A stretch of 49,805 nucleotides of DNA from an uncultured archaeon. Lineage in GTDB: Archaea; Iainarchaeota; Iainarchaeia; JAADDC01. The notes beneath the pieces are model-generated. The model did not search any database and was not told the origin of the DNA. It saw nothing but the letters and a program-made list of their open reading frames with translations. Shown piece by piece: positions 45,191 through 49,805 of the stretch; the stretch's first letter is position 1; the number at the start of each line of letters is the position of its first letter. Where the stretch lies: NCBI GenBank assembly GCA_964451455.1, contig CAYVHT010000002.1, forward strand, positions 1 to 49,805, in the 5' to 3' direction. The translations under genes were made by a program, and so were the position numbers.

Positions 45191-46941
45191 TTCTTATACT
45201 TGCAGAGAAGCCTATCGCGGGTGCGCGCATCGCGGCAATCCTCTCTGGCGGCAAGGCGACTAAGAAGCAGTATAAAAAACACCCATACTGGGAGTTTGAG
45301 TTCAACGGGACGCCCGCCGTTCTAGTCCCGCTGAAAGGGCACATAATAGATATAGACTTCCCACCCGAGCTGAACAAGTGGTCAGAGGACACCCTTGACG
45401 TGCTTCCAGGCGCGCCCTTGCAAACTGTTGTCACTGATCGCGTCGTGGCATCCCTTCTCAAGTCCCTGGCGCCGAAGATCTCTGAAATAATTATCGCAAC
45501 GGATGCAGATCGTGAGGGGGAAGCAATTGGCCTTGAATCCGCGGAGCTCGTCATGAAGTATGCTGGTAAGCAGATTCCAGTCAAGCGCGCATACTTCTCA
45601 GCATTGACGAAAAAGGATGTTCTTCGTGCCTTTGAACAGCTACGGGAGCCCAGGCGCGCCCTTGCAGAGTCTGCATTCACCCGCAGGGAGATAGATCTTA
45701 TATGGGGTGCTGCTCTTACCCGTGCGATATCTCTATACTCTGGCCGTAGGGGCAAGAATTTCCTATCTATCGGTCGTGTTCAGTCTCCCACTCTTGCTAT
45801 TATCGTGGAGCGAGAAAGAGAAATAGAGCGCTTCGTTCCTATCCCTTACTGGGTGATCGAGGCAGCTCTCGAGCATTCCGGTGAGAAATTCTCGGCCCGT
45901 TATGCAGAGGGGCAGATATGGCAGGAGCCAATGGCCCAAATGTTGTATAAGACTGCCAAGGCTGCAAAACACGGTATTGTTACCCGCGTTGAGATTCGTC
46001 AGGACAAGATCGCCCGTCCTGTCCCATTTGATACCACCACATTTCTTCGTGAGGCTAACAAGCACCTGCATATTTCTACTTCTGAGGCTCTGAAGGTCGC
46101 TGAGTCGCTCTATATGAAGGGGCTCATATCTTACCCTCGTACGGATAACCAGACGTACCCATCGTCCCTTGACTTCCGTACTATCCTTTCCAAGCTTCAA
46201 ACGATTCCTGACTACAAAGAGTTTGCCTCTGAACTGCTCCAGCAAGACGTGTTCCGTCCGTCTTCTGGTAGGAAGGCTGAAGATCACCCGCCAATTCACC
46301 CTGTTGGCGTACCTAAGGGGAAACTCTCTGAGAAGGAGCGCAAGATCTATGACCTCATCGTTCGAAGGTTCCTCGCTACTCTTATGGCTCCTGGAACTCT
46401 CGAGCGCCGTAATGTACATATAAACATTAATGGGGTGCCGTTCGTTGCAGAGGGGCGTAAGATCATCCAGAAGGGCTGGACGGCGGTTTATCCCGCATCT
46501 CTCCGCGAAAATGATGTGCCCGCACTGTCCGATGGTGCAAAGGTTGATGTTGTTTCCGTGAAGCTCTCAAAATCCCAGACGAAACCACCCTCTCGCTATT
46601 CGGAGGGCGAACTTGTCAAGCGCATGGAGGCCCTGGGGCTTGGCACTAAGAGTACCCGTGCTGAAATCATTGCAAAGTTGTTTGCCCGCAAGTACATCTC
46701 TGGTCGCAAGGCGATAAAGCCCACTGAGCTGGGCGAGAAGATTGTGGTTGTCCTGGAGCGATATGCTCCCGAGCTTGCCACACCCGACATGACTGCAGAG
46801 CTGGAACAGGCCCTTGATGCCATTGCCCGCGGGGAGAAAGCGCGGAGCGAGGTATTTTCTGTTTCTGCGGAACGACTAAAGCAAGTATTGGGCGAATTGA
46901 AGCAACACAAGGCTGAAATTGGCCAGCAATTGGGGGATTAG
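45187..46941 (+). CDS. topA: type IA DNA topoisomerase (short, no C-terminal Zn-finger region)
   Basis: TOPRIM (MILILAEKP...TDADREGE), active-site Tyr context ISYPRTDN, and GRVQSPTL. 584 aa. Confidence 0.9.
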   Translation: MILILAEKPIAGARIAAILSGGKATKKQYKKHPYWEFEFNGTPAVLVPLKGHIIDIDFPPELNKWSEDTLDVLPGAPLQTVVTDRVVASLLKSLAPKISEIIIATDADREGEAIGLESAELVMKYAGKQIPVKRAYFSALTKKDVLRAFEQLREPRRALAESAFTRREIDLIWGAALTRAISLYSGRRGKNFLSIGRVQSPTLAIIVEREREIERFVPIPYWVIEAALEHSGEKFSARYAEGQIWQEPMAQMLYKTAKAAKHGIVTRVEIRQDKIARPVPFDTTTFLREANKHLHISTSEALKVAESLYMKGLISYPRTDNQTYPSSLDFRTILSKLQTIPDYKEFASELLQQDVFRPSSGRKAEDHPPIHPVGVPKGKLSEKERKIYDLIVRRFLATLMAPGTLERRNVHININGVPFVAEGRKIIQKGWTAVYPASLRENDVPALSDGAKVDVVSVKLSKSQTKPPSRYSEGELVKRMEALGLGTKSTRAEIIAKLFARKYISGRKAIKPTELGEKIVVVLERYAPELATPDMTAELEQALDAIARGEKARSEVFSVSAERLKQVLGELKQHKAEIGQQLGD

Positions 46942-47707
46942 CGTGGAACTGCGTCTGGATCTTTCCAAGTCGCTTTGGGAGAATCTGGGAGAGTACCATG
47001 AGCGTGCAAAGAAGCTGAAGCGAAAGATAGCGAAGCTGGAAGAGCTCATAGCAAATCCGCCGCAGAAAGAGAAAGCTCCTCAGCGTGTAAAGCCCGTTCT
47101 CGTCAAGAAGCGCAAGCGTGACTGGTATGAGAAGTTCCACTGGACCTTTACTCCCTCTGGGCTTCTGGCCATTGGCGGAAGGGACGCGCGGAGCAATGAG
47201 TCAATTGTTCGGAACTACATGGAACAGAAGGATCTCTACTTCCACGCAGACGTATCCGGAGCTCCATCTGTGGTCTTGAAGAACGGACAAGAAGGCGACG
47301 AGAATGATATACGTGCGGCTGCAGCTCTCAGTGCAGTTTACTCCAAGGCGTGGAAGAATGGCCTTGCCGCCGTGGACGTTTTTTATGCCCTGCCCGATCA
47401 GGTTTCTTTGGCACCGCCTTCGGGCGAGTACAGGCCGAAGGGAGGCGTTATGATATATGGTAAGCGTGAATGGATTCGTAATTTGCCCTTGAAAGCATAT
47501 GTGGGCTTTGACTCGGAGAAAAACCGTTTCTTCATATCGTTCTTCCCACCCGTTGGGAAGTACGTGGTGCTCGTCCCTGGCCAAACCCCCCGTAGCGATG
47601 TGGCACGCCAGATATTGAAAATATTTGGGAAAGGAAATGAATTCATTGATGATCTGAATTCAATTCTACCTCCAGGCGGCTCAAGTGTTCTGGAGGAATC
47701 TTCTTGA
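46919..47707 (+). CDS. NFACT-R (DUF814) domain protein, short Rqc2/FbpA-related
   Basis: DWYEKFHWTFTPSGLLAIGGRDARSNESIVRNYMEQKDLYFHADVSGAPSVVLK is the DUF814 core. Only 262 aa, with a coiled-coil N-terminus. The start overlaps the topA end. Confidence 0.7.
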   Translation: MASNWGISVELRLDLSKSLWENLGEYHERAKKLKRKIAKLEELIANPPQKEKAPQRVKPVLVKKRKRDWYEKFHWTFTPSGLLAIGGRDARSNESIVRNYMEQKDLYFHADVSGAPSVVLKNGQEGDENDIRAAAALSAVYSKAWKNGLAAVDVFYALPDQVSLAPPSGEYRPKGGVMIYGKREWIRNLPLKAYVGFDSEKNRFFISFFPPVGKYVVLVPGQTPRSDVARQILKIFGKGNEFIDDLNSILPPGGSSVLEESS

Positions 47708-48116
47708 TGATGCCCATTGCCTGACGCACTGTGTTCTTCTCCTCGTTGAAGCGTAACATCCTTATGGCTGTTCTGTAGTCAACCCACTTCGCTCCATTTA
47801 TCTCCTCGTTGTCAGGTGTGACTTTTGGCTTTCCAGGGACGAAGACCAGAAATGCGTTCGGGTTATGGAGGATTTCGGCTTTTGCATCCTCGTACATGTA
47901 CTCGTTGAACTTCTCCAGAACGTGGACACGGCCGGGCATTATGCTGACTTCTTCCCAGAGCTCTCTTTTTATTGTTTCCTCGAAGCTCTCTCCCTCCTCA
48001 ACTCCGCCTCGGGGAATCCTCCAGCCGTTGCGCTTGTGGACCAACAGGAACAGTATTTTTTTGTCTTCACGCGTGAACACCACGGCCTGCGCTTCTTTCC
48101 TAAGAACCCAACTCAT
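47643..48116 (-). CDS. NUDIX hydrolase
   Basis: Nudix box GGVEEGESFEETIKRELWEEVSI. ATG 48116 is preferred over track start 48179, which would leave only 2 nt to the divergent cdc48 paralog. Confidence 0.85.
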   Translation of the reverse strand: MSWVLRKEAQAVVFTREDKKILFLLVHKRNGWRIPRGGVEEGESFEETIKRELWEEVSIMPGRVHVLEKFNEYMYEDAKAEILHNPNAFLVFVPGKPKVTPDNEEINGAKWVDYRTAIRMLRFNEEKNTVRQAMGIIKKIPPEHLSRLEVELNSDHQ

Positions 48117-48181
48117 GTGAAAAATTACAGCGGAATCGTTTATAAGGGGGTTTTTTATCCACTTGTTGCCTGTATTCACAC

Positions 48182-49805
48182 ATGACGGAGGCTACCGCGG
48201 GTGCCGCTAAGGACAGAAAGGAAGTTGTTCTCCGCGTTCATGAGGCTCTCCCGTCCCACGTGGGTAGGGGGATCGTGGCTATCGACATGCAAACGAAGCA
48301 GGAGCTGGGGCTTTCTTCTGGAGACATTGTGGAGATAGAGGGAAAGAAGACAACTGCAGCCATCGTTTGGCCGTCTCGCGTGGAAGATGAAGGGAAGGGC
48401 ATCATTCATATGGACTCTATAATTCGTAGCAACGCAGGTGTCGGAATCGGAGACAAGGTCATTGTTAGGAAGGCAAACTGGAAGAATGCAGAGAAGATAA
48501 CGCTTGCTCCGGCTTCCGAGAACGAGATCATTGTCCGTGGCTACGAGAACTACCTGCTTAAGCACTTTATGGGTAGGCCCTTTGTCAAAGGCGACAAGGT
48601 AATCATCCCGTTCTTTCGCAAGAGCGTTTACGTTGTAGTGTCCACTAAACCCTCTGGAATCGTTCGTGTATCACCACAGACGGAGATCGTGATCCTTGAC
48701 AAGCCCGTCAAGACGAGTAACGTACCCAACATCACCTACGACGATATTGGGGGGCTTAGGGAGCAGGTTCAGAAGATACGAGAGATGATAGAGATACCTC
48801 TGAAGCACCCGGAGCTTTTCCACCGCCTTGGTATTGAACCGCCCAAGGGTGTGCTCCTCTACGGTCCCCCTGGCACAGGAAAGACACTCCTGGCAAAGGC
48901 CGTAGCCAACGAGACTAACGCGTACTTTATCCCCATCAACGGACCCGAAATCATGAGCAAGTTCGTGGGCGAAGCAGAAGAACGGCTAAGAAAGGTCTTT
49001 GAGGAGGCCCAGGAGAACGCCCCTGCAATAATTTTCATCGACGAGATAGATGCAATCGCGCCCAAGAGGGAAGATGTTCTGGGGGAGGTGGAACGCAGGG
49101 TCGTAGCTCAGCTCTTAACCCTTATGGATGGTATGGAGAGTAGAGGCGATGTTGTAGTCATTGCAGCGACTAACAGGCCTAACGCAATAGATCCTGCCCT
49201 TCGAAGACCGGGACGCTTCGATAGGGAGATAGAGCTACCCGTTCCTGACCGTCAGTCCCGAAAGGAGATACTCCAGATCCATACGAGGAACGTGCCACTT
49301 GCGAAGGACGTTGATATGGATTGGTTGGCTGACGTGACCCATGGTTTTGTGGGTGCCGACCTTGCCGCCCTCGTTAAAGAAGCTGCAATGAAGGCATTGC
49401 GCCGTATCTTGCCCGAGATAGATCTTGATCAGGAAACTATACCTCCGGAGGTTCTTGATAGGCTACAGGTAACTCGCAGGGACTTTGAAGAGGCACTTAA
49501 GGAAGTGAAGCCCTCTGCCCTTCGTGAGGTGTTCGTGGAGGTGCCTTCGGTTCACTGGGATGATGTGGGTGGCTTGCACGACGTGAAGCGTCTTCTTACA
49601 GAGTCCGTGGAGCTCCCATTGAAGAAGAGGCACTCTTTTGAAGCAATGGGCATTAAGCCACCGCGTGGTATCCTCCTCTACGGTCCCCCCGGCACAGGAA
49701 AGACACTCCTGGCAAAGGCCGTGGCCACGGAATCAGAGGCGAACTTCATTTCCGTTAAGGGCCCAGAGGTTCTTTCTAAGTGGGTGGGCGAGAGTGAGAA
49801 GGCCA
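48182..49805 (+). CDS. cdc48: Cdc48/VCP-type AAA+ ATPase, paralog 2 (3' end beyond window)
   Basis: Open frame from ATG 48182 to the window edge, so it is not in the ORF track. Begins [22 protein letters not shown]... Both Walker A sites are GPPGTGKT (48865-48888, 49684-49707), and IIFIDEID is present. Confidence 0.9.
   Translation, partial: MTEATAGAAKDRKEVVLRVHEALPSHVGRGIVAIDMQTKQELGLSSGDIVEIEGKKTTAAIVWPSRVEDEGKGIIHMDSIIRSNAGVGIGDKVIVRKANWKNAEKITLAPASENEIIVRGYENYLLKHFMGRPFVKGDKVIIPFFRKSVYVVVSTKPSGIVRVSPQTEIVILDKPVKTSNVPNITYDDIGGLREQVQKIREMIEIPLKHPELFHRLGIEPPKGVLLYGPPGTGKTLLAKAVANETNAYFIPINGPEIMSKFVGEAEERLRKVFEEAQENAPAIIFIDEIDAIAPKREDVLGEVERRVVAQLLTLMDGMESRGDVVVIAATNRPNAIDPALRRPGRFDREIELPVPDRQSRKEILQIHTRNVPLAKDVDMDWLADVTHGFVGADLAALVKEAAMKALRRILPEIDLDQETIPPEVLDRLQVTRRDFEEALKEVKPSALREVFVEVPSVHWDDVGGLHDVKRLLTESVELPLKKRHSFEAMGIKPPRGILLYGPPGTGKTLLAKAVATESEANFISVKGPEVLSKWVGESEKA

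Overview
Archaeal chromosomal segment of about 50 kb, mostly informational and housekeeping genes. They include two Cdc48/VCP paralogs, MCM, Rpp21, Bud32, ribosomal proteins uS15 and eS1, CDP-archaeol synthase, ABCE1, Pelota, class I CCA-adding enzyme, a type IA topoisomerase and Hsp20. RNA genes are three tRNAs, a stand-alone 23S rRNA with a 16-bp processing stem (no 16S or 5S nearby), and an RNase P RNA of only about 239 nt that the ORF track covers with spurious ORFs. There is also a type IV pilus-like locus: ATPase, two TadB/C-like proteins, a pilin and a prepilin peptidase. Elsewhere lie three more proteins with class III signal peptides and a second secretion ATPase. The most unusual region is 743-5519. 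It is a tightly coupled operon encoding a secretion-signal-bearing protein made of 29 consecutive His-x-x triads (14 perfect HSS) ending in CACGGGC. Downstream are a Cys-rich anchored protein, two tandem radical SAM enzymes with twitch/SPASM-type C-termini, and a polytopic membrane protein. I read this as a candidate, apparently undescribed, peptide or protein maturation (RiPP-like) system. Other points worth checking are a tRNA-Arg whose 150-nt GC-rich leader starts with an exact 19-nt copy of its own 5' end plus a CCG-anticodon-like arm, a hairpin-dense GC-rich block after tRNA-Gly, a recurrent geometry of divergent leaderless promoters, a Phr-like heat-shock module, and a 71-nt identical tract between the Cdc48 paralogs. 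All calls rest on reading motifs by eye, with no database searches. RNA ends are approximate to about 10 nt, and several start codons differ from the ORF track.
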